Shown here in pieces: positions 41,348 to 55,006 of a DNA stretch of 64,000 bases (positions are counted from its first letter, which is position 1; the number at the start of each line of letters is the position of its first letter). The notes under the pieces were generated by a model. That model was given only the letters and a program-made list of their open reading frames with translations. It was not told where the DNA came from and searched no databases. The stretch lies in assembly GCF_006345805.1 (NCBI RefSeq), contig NC_043003.1, forward strand, positions 36,580,001 through 36,644,000. Direction: 5' to 3'. The translations under genes were made by a program, and so were the position numbers. The DNA comes from Octopus sinensis (lineage: Eukaryota).

Positions 41348-42933
41348 CGAAAATGTAGATTGTCATATTTCTGTGGAGGATAACAATTATGGGATTAGCA
41401 GCAGCCCAAAAATGTCAGCAAGTTACTCTCTCCCGATTTGACACAGCGTTGTGACAAAAACAACATATAGGTCCATTCAGAAAAATTAGTCTCCCTATTA
41501 TTAGATATATACACAAACATCAGCGCGCAATGAGTACTGGTGGGACATCCTCATCCAAACACCTGTCTAATGTAAACATAACAGGCCAGATATTGTTTGG
41601 GGCAGAGAAGAAAACATATGTACCATCATAGAGGTCACTATCTTACTAATATGAATGCCTCATTGAAAAACAAAGAGAAAGAGGATAACTATGGGCAAAT
41701 GCTTCGAAACCACTAATTACTATATCCAGCTTATTAATAAATACTTATAAAATTAATGATAGGGTCATTTCCTTTTGTGACTAAATGCCAAAGCTAGCAT
41801 TTCCAAAAAAAATATCAATCGAGTAGCTCGCTTATTAGAGATACAATATCCAAGTGAAACAGTAAAAATAAACAACACTTACCTAATGTTTAAAACGTGA
41901 CATTGTTTTTGTTATCTAACTTTCAACAATGGTGCTTTGTAAGTTTATTAGAAATCAGCTCCTTCCTCAGAGGAAGAATTCATTTAATTAAAACAGATGA
42001 AAACATACATACATACATACACAGTATTTAGCAAACTTACCAGTTGAATATAAAGCAGTAGTGTCTGACTTATGCCAACAATTTTAAGTGGAAATGTTAG
42101 TTAATTTCATTGACCTAGGCCCTATACCGGTAGGTTATTTCAGTAGCCACTTGGGTAGGGATGAAAGTTGTCCACAGTGGCATGTAAATTCGTGTATAGA
42201 GTCAGAACAAAAACGGTTAGTTATTGTTTGTGTTTTTTTTTTTTTTCGACGCTCAAACTATTGTTCGAACTCAGTGTCACGAGTTTGTATCTAAGAACTG
42301 TATTTCTCATATGGGAACTCCGCGAATCATCAGACATTCAAAACAAAGGACAAAAATCTGTCGAAATAATATACGACCAGAATTAAACCTCTGAAAAAAA
42401 AAAGGCTTCATGTTGCAGGTTTATATAGAAAATATCTCATTTACTTGTTTAAACAAATTCATTATCACAAGCTTTTAAGATATACGCTTTTCAATGACTT
42501 TCGGAAATATATTATCGTACCAAATTTAATTACCACTATATGCACAAGTGACTTAGGTGAAACCAACAATATCCAGTAATAAAATCCAGTAAGATATTTC
42601 TAAAGAATTGTTTGTATTGAAAGAGCAGGTGTTTGGACTATAGAAAATTTGTATATATATATATTGACATTAACATGCATCATTGTGGCACATAAAACAA
42701 TGCCACAACTTTGTAGCTCAGAAATATATTTCTCACATGGAAACTCAATGAATCATTATATATTTATTTATATGTGTGAGTGTGTGTGTCTGTGACTATG
42801 TGGCTATTCTTAGTATTAGTGACATAGTCTCACACTCACACACATGCACACATACACACACAGTCACACATATAGCTAGATATATACATAAATTCCCGTA
42901 AACACATAAATATGTACATACACGCACACGCAT

Positions 42934-42966
<33 letters not shown>

Positions 42967-43816
42967 ATATATATATATATATATGTATATATAAAACTTA
43001 CTTGGAAATGGATAGGTGGCGTTCAATCATGTAATACTATAAAAAATAATATATATGCATATATACATAAGTATATGTACACACTTGCATATATACATAA
43101 GTATATGTACACACTTACATATATACGTATATACATATGCATATGTGGGCACAAGACTACACAGAATGTAAACAATAAAAAATACGAAAATATGGAATAG
43201 GAAATACGAATACATGGAATATGAACTTTTTTTGCAACAACGAAGGAAACAAATGGAAAACAAGACACGCAACTAAAGAAAGCCCCTTCATCAGTTGTCG
43301 GCTGTTTTTCTTATCCATATTTCTAGCATTTCAGAGGGAACTGTTCAAAAGTCAGCTCCACGAATACTCTCAATATGTATATCATCATTACATTTATGCC
43401 AGAAAAATCACATTATATATTCTGTAGCTTTTAATCATATTCATTGAACAATTCTGGGAGTGTCGAATGGATACTAAACGACTGAGAAATGTATTCTACT
43501 TCGGCAAAAAATAAGCATAGAGTGTTTATATACTTAAGGATTTTACATTATAGATTCACTCAATGTGTCTTCAAACGCATTTGATCCTCATCTGGAATAT
43601 TTAAAGAGAGATGACCATGACGTTATGAAACGATTCATAGCGCATTAAGATAACAAAATATGAATGTTGATATTACGTGAAAGATACTCGTGTGAAGCTA
43701 ACTCCATATAAATATCGGAAAAGAGAAATTACATTAATTAAGGATCTTTAATATTCCAAAGTATTTATACCAAAACAATAAATCTGTATCTGTTTATGCT
43801 GTGCTACTATTTAATC

Positions 43817-44219
43817 TACTCTTTTACTTGTTTCAGTCATTTGACTGCGGCGATGCTGGAGCACCGCCTTTAGTCGAGCAAATCGACCCCAGGACTTATT
43901 CTGTGTAAGCCTAATACTTATTCTATCGGTCTGTATTGCCGAACCGATAAGTTACGGAGACGTAAACACACCAACATCTGTTGTCAAGCGATGTTGGAGA
44001 GACAAACACGGACACACAAACATATACACACAGACACACACATGCATATATATATATATATATATATATACGACGGGCTTCTTTCAGTTTCTATCTACAA
44101 AATCCACTCACAAATCTTTGGTCGGACCGAGGATATAGAAGAAGACACTTGCCCAAGGTACCACGCAGTGAGACTGAACCTTGTGGTTGGTAAGCAAGCT
44201 ACTTATCACACACAGCCCT
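43817..44219 (-). mobile_element. tRNA-derived SINE family B
   Basis: Near full-length homologue of 45117-45534. Confidence 0.9.
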
Positions 44220-44346
44220 ATATATAGTGCTTCATTTCTAGAAAATTTCACCACATTGGACCAAACTTCGAGCTATGAGACACTATTTATTATTACTTGA
44301 CTCTGTTTATGTTACGCCTTACCTTCAGTCAATATTTCTATGGTTA

Positions 44347-44566
44347 AAGGCAGCGTGGTGGCAGAAGCGTCAGCACGTCGGCCGAAATATTTCGCAGTAT
44401 TTCGTCTGTCTTTATGTTCTGAGTTCAAATTCCGCCGAGGTCGAATTTGCTTTTCATCCTTTCGGGGTAGATAAATTAAGAAACAGCTGCATACTGGGGT
44501 CGATCTAATCGACTGGCCCCCTCTCCCAGCATTTTGGGCCTTGTGCCTAGAGTAGAAAAGATGATT
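44347..44566 (+). mobile_element. tRNA-derived SINE family A
   Basis: A-box TGGCAGAAGCG, B-box GAGTTCAAATTCC, core CTTTTCATCCTTTCGGGGT.GATAAA. Confidence 0.9.
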
Positions 44567-44825
44567 TATATGTTGTATCTGCATCTCCAGACTAGTTATG
44601 ACAAACGTGACACGCTCTTCATTATCCCTACCTTGTTATAAAACCAAACCCTAGATTCCGAATGATCCACTAAAATATTTCTCATATAATTAACTTTTAA
44701 CTATCAAATTATAAACTTCAGCATCTTGCATGGCTTTTATAATTACCCTGTTTATATCTTTTCATTATACTGTTATATTGCGTTCATTTTACATGAATGA
44801 CTAATATATTTTTATAGACTGACTG

Positions 44826-45039
44826 AAGGCAGTGAACTGGCAGAATCGTTAACACGCTGGACAAAATGCTTTGCGGCATTTCGTCCGTCTGAAATCACAT
44901 TACGCGGAGATGAACTTTGTCATCTTTTTCGGGGTCGATAAAATAAGTACCAGTTGAACACTGGAGATCGTGGTCGATGTAATCGACTTGCACCTCCCTC
45001 GGTATTGCTGGTCTTCAACTAAAATTTGAAACTGATATT
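44826..45039 (+). mobile_element. tRNA-derived SINE family A, diverged
   Basis: GGCAGTGAACTGGCAGAATCGTTA..TTCGGGGTCGATAAAATAAGTACCAG. Confidence 0.85.
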
Positions 45040-45116
45040 CATTATAGAAAGATAAAATATTTTCTTATGTAAAATTCAGTATCTAATAAAGAACTCAAAA
45101 TCTGATATACACTTTC

Positions 45117-45534
45117 TTTTACTCTTTTACTTGTTTCAGTCATGTGACTGTGGAGCACCGCCTTTAGTCGAGCAAATTGACCCCAGGACTTATTCATTGT
45201 AAGCCTAGTACTTATTCTATCGGTGTTTTTTGCCAAACCGCTAAGTTACAGGGACGTAAACACACCAGCATCGGTTGTCAAGCGATGCTGGGGAGACAAA
45301 CACAGACACACAAGCACACAAACACACACACACACAGACACACACACATATACATATATATATATATATATATATACGACGGGCATCTTTCAGTTTCTGT
45401 CTACCATATCCACTCACAAGGCTTTGGTCGGACCGAGGCTATAGTAGAAGACACTTGCCCAAGGCGTAACGCATTGCGAGTGAACCCGGAGCCATGTGGT
45501 TGGTAAGCAAGCTACTTACCACACACCCACTCCT
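45117..45534 (-). mobile_element. tRNA-derived SINE family B
   Basis: Minus-strand head AGGAGTGGGTGTGTGGTAAG..GGGTTCACTC, internal CA/TA repeat, tail GTAAAAGAGTAAAAG. Confidence 0.9.
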
Positions 45535-45660
45535 AAGCCTATGATAATTAGCATTTCGAACAGAACTCAATTTACTCACTAAACATATGCGGTCTGTGTA
45601 TATATTTAGGCATTTCTGCACACATACACGTATTTGTACGTATTATTAATACATGTACGA

Positions 45661-45866
45661 AGGCGGCGAGCTAGTAGAATCGTTAGCACGCCGCGCGAAA
45701 TGTGTAGCGATATTTCATGTCTTTAAACCTTCTGAGTTCAAATTCCGCTGAGGTCGACTTTGCCCTTCGATAAACTAAGAACCAGTGATACACTGGGGTC
45801 GATGTAATCAACTATTCCCCTCCCACCATATTTGAAGCCTTGTGTCTCCGCTAGAAAGTATTATTA
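45661..45866 (+). mobile_element. tRNA-derived SINE family A
   Basis: GGCGGCGAGCTAGTAGAATCGTTAGC..GAGTTCAAATTCCGCTGAGGTCGACTTTGCC. Confidence 0.88.
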
Positions 45867-47077
45867 ATACATGTATGAACACGCTTTTTGGCAAATATGT
45901 GTACATGCATATACTTTATCAACATTTTCCTCATCATTATACATGTATGTGTGTGTGTGCGTGTGTGTGTGTGTGTTCGTGTTTCTGTGTAATAATAAGA
46001 GAAGGGTATTTATTTCATAATACTAGGAGGAGTTCTTATTATAAAAATGTGATTAACTAAAGAAAGGACAGAAAAAGAAGCAGAGAAAATGTATGAAAGC
46101 AAAACAAAGGAACGTTTACACGTCACACTCGATACCCATATCAATGTTAATAACAAGCAATGTTTAAATATTTTAATTTTATTTTTAAAATAATATTTAA
46201 AAATCTTATTACCAGCGTAATAGCATTTCTTATCTTTTCAGTCTCGTATTTAAATATAATATAATTTTCAATTTAATATTTTGATAATACCATCATAATA
46301 ACATTACTTATCTTCATGTTTTATATTATTAGCAAGCATATAGATATATTGACTTAACGTTTTGTCTTTTATTTTTCATCGAAAAACGACAAACCCAGCA
46401 AATGCATGTTATGAAGGGGTGTGAAAACAACCTATTGACACGAAAATCATGGACGATCACTTCACAAGATTTTCGGTATCGGCTTTTTCTTTATTTTTCT
46501 TATATTCCCTATATTATCTTTCTGCCTTTCATACCTTTTTTTTTATTTTTTAATATTTACTTACTACCTTCGGTATTTTCTCTTATCTTTTTTATTATAA
46601 CCACTTACACCTTTCTAATAAGAATCCCTGTCAATTTTATAAAATAACTACTTCTTATTTGTATTATTAACACAGAAAATATTATATTGCAATAATAACA
46701 AATTTTTACGGTGTTTGATAACTTCCTACATTTAGATTAAACCAGGTTTACACTCACAATTTAGGCATTTACTAAGTAGATATGCCCAAAGACACACACG
46801 CACGCACACACGCACACAAACGCACAGACGCACACATATATAGTTGAAAAGGGGTTAAGAATCGGTACAAATCGAAAGTTATAGGGAGAAAATAAACATG
46901 GAAATAGCACGGATGTATGCTTAAAAATTCCTTTTTTTTTTGTTACTATTTTCCCCTTTTAATAGGATTGGATAGTTATTTTTATATTTGTTACATTAAG
47001 TGTCTTTTATGAAATATCATCCTTTTCGATGTATGTGTACACCTTATGAAATGTTAGAAATTTGAAGTCAAAGTGCT

Positions 47078-47485
47078 GGCAGGCCTGTGTGGTAAGAAGG
47101 TTGCGTCCCAGCCTTATGGTCTGGGTTCAGTCCCACTGCGTGTTACCTTTGGCAAATGTCGTCTCCTCTAATCTCGGGATCACCAAAATCTTGAGAGTTG
47201 ATTTGCCAGCCAGATCGAAAGCAGTCAGTCATGTTTGCGTTCATGTATATGTATGAGTGTGTGTATCTGTGTGTGTGCGTGTGTGTTTGCGTGCATGTGT
47301 GTGTACATGCGTGTGTGTGTGAGTGTGTGTGCATGTGTGCTTGTGTAAGTGTGTATAAGGTTTTGCGTTCGTGTTTGTCCCCCAACCACCGTTTGCCAAC
47401 AGCCATTAGTGTGTTTACGTAACTGTAACTTAGTAGTTTGGCAAAATAACCGAGTGATAAAACTCGGCTTAAAAGGCTTTAAAAA
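47078..47485 (+). mobile_element. tRNA-derived SINE family B, diverged
   Basis: GGCCTGTGTGGTAAGAAG..GGGTTCAGTCCCACTGCGTG head, GT repeat, GTGTTTACGT..TAACTTAG body. Confidence 0.75.
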
Positions 47486-47894
47486 GCAATTAAGAAAAAA
47501 ATTAGAAATTGAAACAGGGTGTTCCCATTTTCTGTGCATAGTTAAGAACATGTTTGTGGCGACTGAAGCAGTATTTGTAATGAATAGCAACCTTTATTTC
47601 CAAATTAATAGGGATATACTTTGGGAACACCCTACCTGAACAGTTGTTGCCGAACACAAATCGAGATTTATCAGCAAAATAAAACGGTGACTTATTTTTG
47701 AAAGACCTACAACTTCTTTTGGCATCAGTTAGCATCATTGATGAATTCTGAAGTGATTACATAAACGTGCATGCAATACTGTACATAAACACACGTATGC
47801 ACACACTAACACACACACATACACACACACACAAAGTTATGTATACGTTTGTATATCTGTAATAGACACCCATGTACATGTATAAATATATATA

Positions 47895-47896
47895 GG

Positions 47897-47995
<99 letters not shown>

Positions 47996-47997
47996 GT
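47895..47997. repeat. (GATA)n microsatellite
   Basis: Direct tetranucleotide run. Confidence 0.95.
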
Positions 47998-48521
47998 ACA
48001 CATTAATCTACACAGGAGACGTACACACATACTAACGTACAGACATACATATATTCATACATACACACATATATAAAACTCATACACACACATTCAAACA
48101 CAAGCACATACACATGCGCGTACACACACACATGCATATATACACGCTATTTTAGTGAGGAACATTGGATCTCGAAGTTGATGATAAAGCTTTAAATAGT
48201 AACGTGTAAATAGGGGATTAAAAGACCTTGTGAATGAAAAATGTTGGTTTACTCCTCAGCTTCGAAGTTTATGAATGTTTAGGATGTCATCAACATATAC
48301 ATGCATGTGTGTGTATGTGTGTGTATAGTGCATGCAAACACACGAAATTATATTTGTTATTTACTTACAGTTAGTTGAAGTTTACGCCGTCTCATCTTTC
48401 AGCAGTTATCAGTTAACGATGGAATGAAGCTTTGAAGGCCATATTTGAATCGATAAACACATTTTCATACGTACATCGAACTTTTCTCTGTGTAGACTAT
48501 ATGCACAAGTACAAACACACA

Positions 48522-48582
<61 letters not shown>

Positions 48583-49410
48583 ACACGTATGTACACTCAT
48601 GTGTACATTTTACTGGGTTACAGAAACAAGACATTGAGTAACACTCAGTATCCGGAGAAAGAGTTTTGTACAGACATTTGATGGTGCGGTAAGATAAGAA
48701 TCTTTCAACAGTTGCATATATCATAAGCATCAGAAGCCATTATATGATTGTCTAGCTTTTTTATCCGATGCTAACAAAAGAAAATGTATTTGAATTACAT
48801 GCATCGGTCCACAGGTGGCGCTCTGCGATTACTTTTGCTGTTTTAACAACTTTGGCCTCAAGCGAGGAACTTTTTGCACGCCAAAATCGAAATTGAGATG
48901 CACTTTTTAAAGATCAAATATGTTCTCGACTTTTTTGAACTGATTTAAAACTATATTTATGAGTGTATGAGAGAGAGAATGTGTGTGTGTGTGTGTGTGT
49001 GTGTCTGTGTGTTTGTGTGTGTGAGTGTGTGTGTGTGGTGAGTGTGTGTATGTGTGTGAGTGTGTGTGTGTGTGTGTTTGTACATGCATACCTGTACAAA
49101 TGTAGGTGACAATGAAGCAGATAACCTTCGTTTGCTTATACATGTGCTGAGGTTTCATTGAGCCAATGATTTTCAATTTCAAGGTTCTGTTGTTTTCTGT
49201 TCTATCAAGTCTTATTTTGTCGTCACTTATTTTTTGCTTGTTTTTTCCACCGTCTGTAGATCTTTGCCGTTCACACCATCAAAATAAGCAATCTTATCGT
49301 TAAAGACGTGAAAATGTCGTGCATTTTGGACGATAACCGATAAGGGAAGACAATGTCCGTGACGAGTGTACAGTTTTTTTGTGAGTTCCTTTCCGTCCTT
49401 TGTACAATTA

Positions 49411-49487
<77 letters not shown>

Positions 49488-49823
49488 TAGATAAACTTAG
49501 ATGTGTTTCGACCAATGATTGGTCCAGGCCATGTCTAACATAATAGCACCACCTGATAGGATTATTTGAATCCTGTTTAAGTCAAGTTTTGCTTATGGTC
49601 CATTCAAGTAGTGAGTTTTTGTTGGGTGAGTTGTATCCAATTATGGGTGGCTTATCTGGTATTCTTTGAAGGAATCTATCCAGACTCCGTTTAAAGTTGA
49701 TGGGATCCTGTTCCTCTTTGATCTCTTTCGGGACAAAGTTAAATAGGGCAGGGCCTGTTGAGGAAAAGAAATTATGGTTTGTAGTGTATAAGTATGCTGT
49801 GATATATACATATATATACGTAA

Positions 49824-49867
<44 letters not shown>

Positions 49868-49953
49868 ATATATATATATTATATATTATATATATATAAT
49901 AATACATATATATATAATATATATATACATACATATATATATATACAATATAA

Positions 49954-49986
<33 letters not shown>

Positions 49987-50366
49987 CATACATATATATA
50001 TATATATTATAATAATAATAATAATAATAATATTAGGGAATAAATCCAAACTTACAGGGAAAAATTAGATTTAGGATTTTATAGTATAAATATATTATAT
50101 TATATTACATTAAATTAGAGATAAAACCACTATTAGGCAAATCAAACAGTGGAAAACATAAGCCAATACATAAAATTAATTTAAAAATATAAAAGTTTAA
50201 ATTTTAAAAATTATCTCAATAATATAAACTTATAAATTTTAAACATATATATATACAAATATATATATATGTATGTATATTTTTATATTTATATATTATT
50301 TTATTATTAATTTATTATTTATTAATTTTTTTTTGATTTGCCTAATAGTGATTTTATCTCTAATTA

Positions 50367-50419
<53 letters not shown>

Positions 50420-50682
50420 GGAGGCAATGGCCCGGTGGTTAGGGCACCGGACTTGTGGTCGATTCCGAGACCGAGCGTTGTGAGTGTTTATTGAGCAAAA
50501 ACACCTAAAGCTCCAGTAGGGTGTGGGTGGCGATCCCTGCTGTACTCTTTCGCCACAACTTTCTCTCACTCTTTCTTCTGTTAGCCTGCTCGCTTAGCCA
50601 GCGGGGGGTGGCGTCATTTGAAGGTATTGTGACCAGCGATGTTTAGCAACATCTGATAGTCTGGTCGGTCACGGTGATCACG

Positions 50683-50687
<5 letters not shown>
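50420..50687 (+). mobile_element. tRNA-derived SINE family C in (TA)n, most complete copy
   Basis: A-box TGGCCCGGTGG, B-box-like GGTCGATTCC, 3' tail CACGGTGATCACGGTGAT; TA tracts on both sides. Confidence 0.75.
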
Positions 50688-50733
<46 letters not shown>

Positions 50734-50791
50734 TTAGAGACAAAACCACTATATGCAAATCAAACAAAGATTTTCTGATAAGTGACTCGTG

Positions 50792-50851
<60 letters not shown>

Positions 50852-50957
50852 TTTTTATTTATATATTATTTTATTTATTAATTTTGTTTTTGATTTGCCT
50901 AATAGTGGTTTTATCTCTAATTTAATATAATATAATATAATAATTATATAATATATA

Positions 50958-51007
<50 letters not shown>

Positions 51008-51194
51008 GGAGGCAATGGCCCGGTGGTTAGGGCGGCGGACTTGTGGTCGATTCCCAGACCGGGCGTTGCGAGTGTTTATTGAGCAAAAGCACCTAAAGCC
51101 CCAGGGTGTTGGGGGTGGCGTCATTTGAAGGTATTGTGACCACAGCGATGTTTAGCAACATCTGATAGTCTGGTCGGTCACGGTGATCACGGTG

Positions 51195-51196
<2 letters not shown>
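51008..51196 (+). mobile_element. SINE family C, internally deleted copy
   Basis: Same head and tail; middle lost between two GGGTGGCG repeats. Confidence 0.75.
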
Positions 51197-51231
<35 letters not shown>

Positions 51232-51289
51232 AATTAGAGACAAAACCACTATTATGCAAATCAAACAAAGATTTTCTGATAAGTGACTC

Positions 51290-51361
<72 letters not shown>

Positions 51362-51530
51362 TATATATATATGTATGTATATTTTTATATTTATATATTA
51401 TTTTATTTATTAATTTTGTTTTTGATTTGCCTAATAGTGGTTTTATCTCTAATTTAATATAATAATAAATAATATATATATATATATATATAATATAATA
51501 TATAATATATATATATATATATATACATAT

Positions 51531-51652
51531 GGAGGCAATGGCCTGGTGGTTAGGGGAGCGGACTTGTGATCGATTCCCAGACCGGGCGTTGCGAGTGTTT
51601 ATTGAGCAAAAACACCTAAAGCTCAAGGGTGTTGGGGGTGGCGATCCCTGCT
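51531..51652 (+). mobile_element. SINE family C, 3'-truncated copy
   Basis: Same head; homology stops after GGCGATCCCTGCT. Confidence 0.7.
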
Positions 51653-51918
51653 CCATCCTCCATTATTTCTTGGAGGGGAGGGGGAGTTTATGCCACAACC
51701 GCACTGCGAGAGCGGCTAAAAGGAAAATAGGCATAACCCAAGTACATAACTGATAATGGGTGAAGTACCTGGCGGGGAGGTGGTGGCTGAAGGTAAGTTC
51801 GCTCTTGGTAAGATATGACCTCTTTATGTGAAGAACCATTGCAATTACCATGAGTCACTTATCAGAAAATCTTATGATTCTATAAATCGATTCGATTCTC
51901 TGTAACATACATACATAT

Positions 51919-52012
<94 letters not shown>

Positions 52013-52122
52013 TAGAGAGATAGAGACAGACAAACAAGCAGATAGATAGCTGCATACATACATACATACATACATTCATACATACATACATACATACATA
52101 CATACATACATACATACATACA

Positions 52123-52156
<34 letters not shown>

Positions 52157-53449
52157 CATGCTTACATACATAGACTTTAATTTATATGTTTCGCATTCGT
52201 AGAGTGCAAGTATGTACCTAGATGTGTCCCACCATCTTATCAAGTGCCATTCATATTTTGCTGATGCTTTAGTATTCAAGACTTCCACCAACAGGAAATA
52301 TTGCTAATGTATATGGCGACGAAGATGGAGACATCAATAACATTAACAAACAGAACAAAAACCAAAATAAAATAGCCAATAATCAAACAAATACAAAAGC
52401 AATAGAACATTCCCGTTAAATTTCGTATCACTTATATAAACGAAATATCTATATCGATAATTTTTACCTTAATTAAATGAGCTTAAATATAATATAATAT
52501 AGTCGTTTCAAAAACCAATATGTTCCTAAAATGAACGTCGAAATATAGTATGAAATAAAGTAAAGGAAAAATGAACAAGATATAAAATAAAACAAACCGA
52601 GCGAAATTATATCTTAACTTATGTTATATATATCCGATGTGATAGTAATTGAATGTCTTCCGGTTTATTTGCTTTTATTATGATATTTAGGAAACCAAGT
52701 ATAGTTTTCTGATAGGAATATATTCAAAGAAAAGAAATCTAAATTCAAGAGGTATACAAATAAGGAACAGTGGTGGGGAATGAATGAGCGGGTAAGTTCT
52801 AGTAGTTCCAGTATGAATGTTTGTCATATGAATTGAATATATGAGATTGCGTTTCGTAAAGCATGATTGGTTACTTCGGTTCCTGTATACACGCACACAC
52901 ACACATACACACAAAGAGACGCACTTAATACGTACAAACTCACGCAATACTCATAAACTCACACACATACGTGGGAACATGTGTAAGGATATATATGTCT
53001 ATATATATTTGTATATATTATTGTATAAATTATATTATATTATATTTCGTAAATGGTTTCACAAACAAAGCCAATCGTATCGCCAGTGCGTTTTGTAGAC
53101 AATTTATGGTTGTTGGTTTTCATAGATGTCGAGGTTAATAGACTCCGTGCCATTGATCGGTGTACGGCCTTTTAAGATACTTTTCAGACTACAGCTTTGA
53201 ATTTAGGCTTGAAAGTTCTTCCTCATTTAGGACAGTTCCGCATTTAGGACATACGTGACAATCTACATGCGTACTGAGCAAAAAACAATGTCTTTCAAAG
53301 TTTCTCAGTGACAAAATATACTATTTAATGCTGTTCCACGTTTTTATATACACTATTAATATTACACATACCCGGTGTTTGAATCTAAATCTGATTCAAG
53401 TCTATATGTTAATGAAGTTTAAAATATTTCAAAGACATCTTTTGTAAAA

Positions 53450-54200
53450 CACTTCGCTTGCCTTCAGATATCGTCAGTATGCTGTCCAGGTCTACGAAAC
53501 CTAAAATAACCTTGTAATTACCATAGTGTTTTACACAGAAACATACAAGCATTAGTTAGAAAATACACAAGCAGGGAAGACTCCTCGTCAGAGACCCCTA
53601 CCAACCTGTTTTAATACATGTATGACGATATAGGACTTCATCAAGATTCTCGAGGCAGAAGAAGTGACGACGAAGATAACGAAAGTGATCCACCTTTTAT
53701 AGGTTTATAGCAAGGAGTCGATATAATGTCCCAGCTGTTATAAAATGGGCAGAGGGTATGAATCTTCTAAGAAAAGTTGTTAGTTCATATTATCTTTATG
53801 CACATACGAAGTGGTAAGGATGTTGGTAAGGATCTTTTCGAGGAATATATTTCTTAGAATTCTGCTACATTATTGCCATAGACGTATTGGAACTCACTAA
53901 AGGAACGTCTTGCTTTGGGAATGATCAGAGCGAGACTGAATCGTTTGTCTTGTGTTCACAGATGAAGTTAGAAAATACCCCCATGATCACTGCTGCGACT
54001 TCCATATACTCCTTTTACTCTTAATTAAACTTCACAAGATTCACGGTTATTAATGTTAACTGTTGCCAGCATGTCATCCTTGAGGCTCCATAGGGTTTTC
54101 CTATACATCTGAAGGTATCAATAAGGATATACGGCATCCCATTCAACTTCTTTCCATAACGATTCAAAGGCTTTAGAGATGGATTGCCATACAAATGGCC
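53450..54200 (-). mobile_element. Decayed LINE reverse-transcriptase relic
   Basis: Minus-strand SISKAFESLW (DISKAFDSVW-like) followed by GASRM/GVPQG-like remnant; boundaries approximate. Confidence 0.4.
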
Positions 54201-55006
54201 TAACGCTTTTGTTTTCCTGGGGTTTTTTGGGGGGCGGGGGGTTGCAGCGTTGCAAACATCATGGTGGTAACGAAACAGCTAACCTACGTTTGCTGAGGTT
54301 TCATTGAGCCAATGATTTTCAATTTCAAGGTTCTGTTCGCACCTTTGACTTCGACTGGTTGTATTTTACTTATCCTATTTCACTCTCAATTTGTTTGTCC
54401 GCATGCATACATATAAATACATGCACACATACATACATACATATATATGTGTACATGTGTGTATGTGTGTGTGCATGTGCGCATGTGCGTGTATATATAT
54501 ATATATTTATTTACAGATTGATATATGTGTATGAGAGTAGTATAAAATATTTATATGTTACACATATACAGTGAGAGACGTCTGTTTATGTCTGTGTCGT
54601 GCATCTGTATTTGCGTACGTGTGTTTGTGAGAGAAAGGGAGAGAGAGAGAGTGATATAAAGAGAGATATTGTTTTAAGTACTATACTCATAATTATTAAT
54701 CGAGTACAACACAATACAATAGTACCAACATAGTTCGAAGGTTGAAATGCTGTAACTAACGTCCTTGTTGTTAGAATTCGACTCAGCCCTAAGTAAGCAA
54801 GCATATAGTCAAATAATTCCATTCTAACCATAATATACACCTCCTCTTTCCTTCAAATATATCGGATAACATTGAAAATTGTGCTTCATGTTGTCACTTT
54901 CAGCGATTGCATAGATGTTACCTATTTGGCTTCCACCAGCAGGTAGAGTTTTTAGTTTTGACTTATGTTCCTTGTTTTTGAGTTTTTCTTTCATTGGGAA
55001 CTGTTA

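Noticed and set aside
43052-43125. ~30-bp tandem repeat; also short direct repeats near 4633/4676 and 42295/42718
   Set aside because: Ordinary local slippage duplications; no spacers or associated genes, so not CRISPR-like.
44347-50470. tRNA genes at A/B-box-containing segments
   Set aside because: No complete cloverleaf; each continues into a repeated SINE body.
51750-51810. ACCTCCCCGCCAGGT resembling an HDV P3/L3
   Set aside because: The loop is too long and no P1, P1.1 or P2 partners were found.
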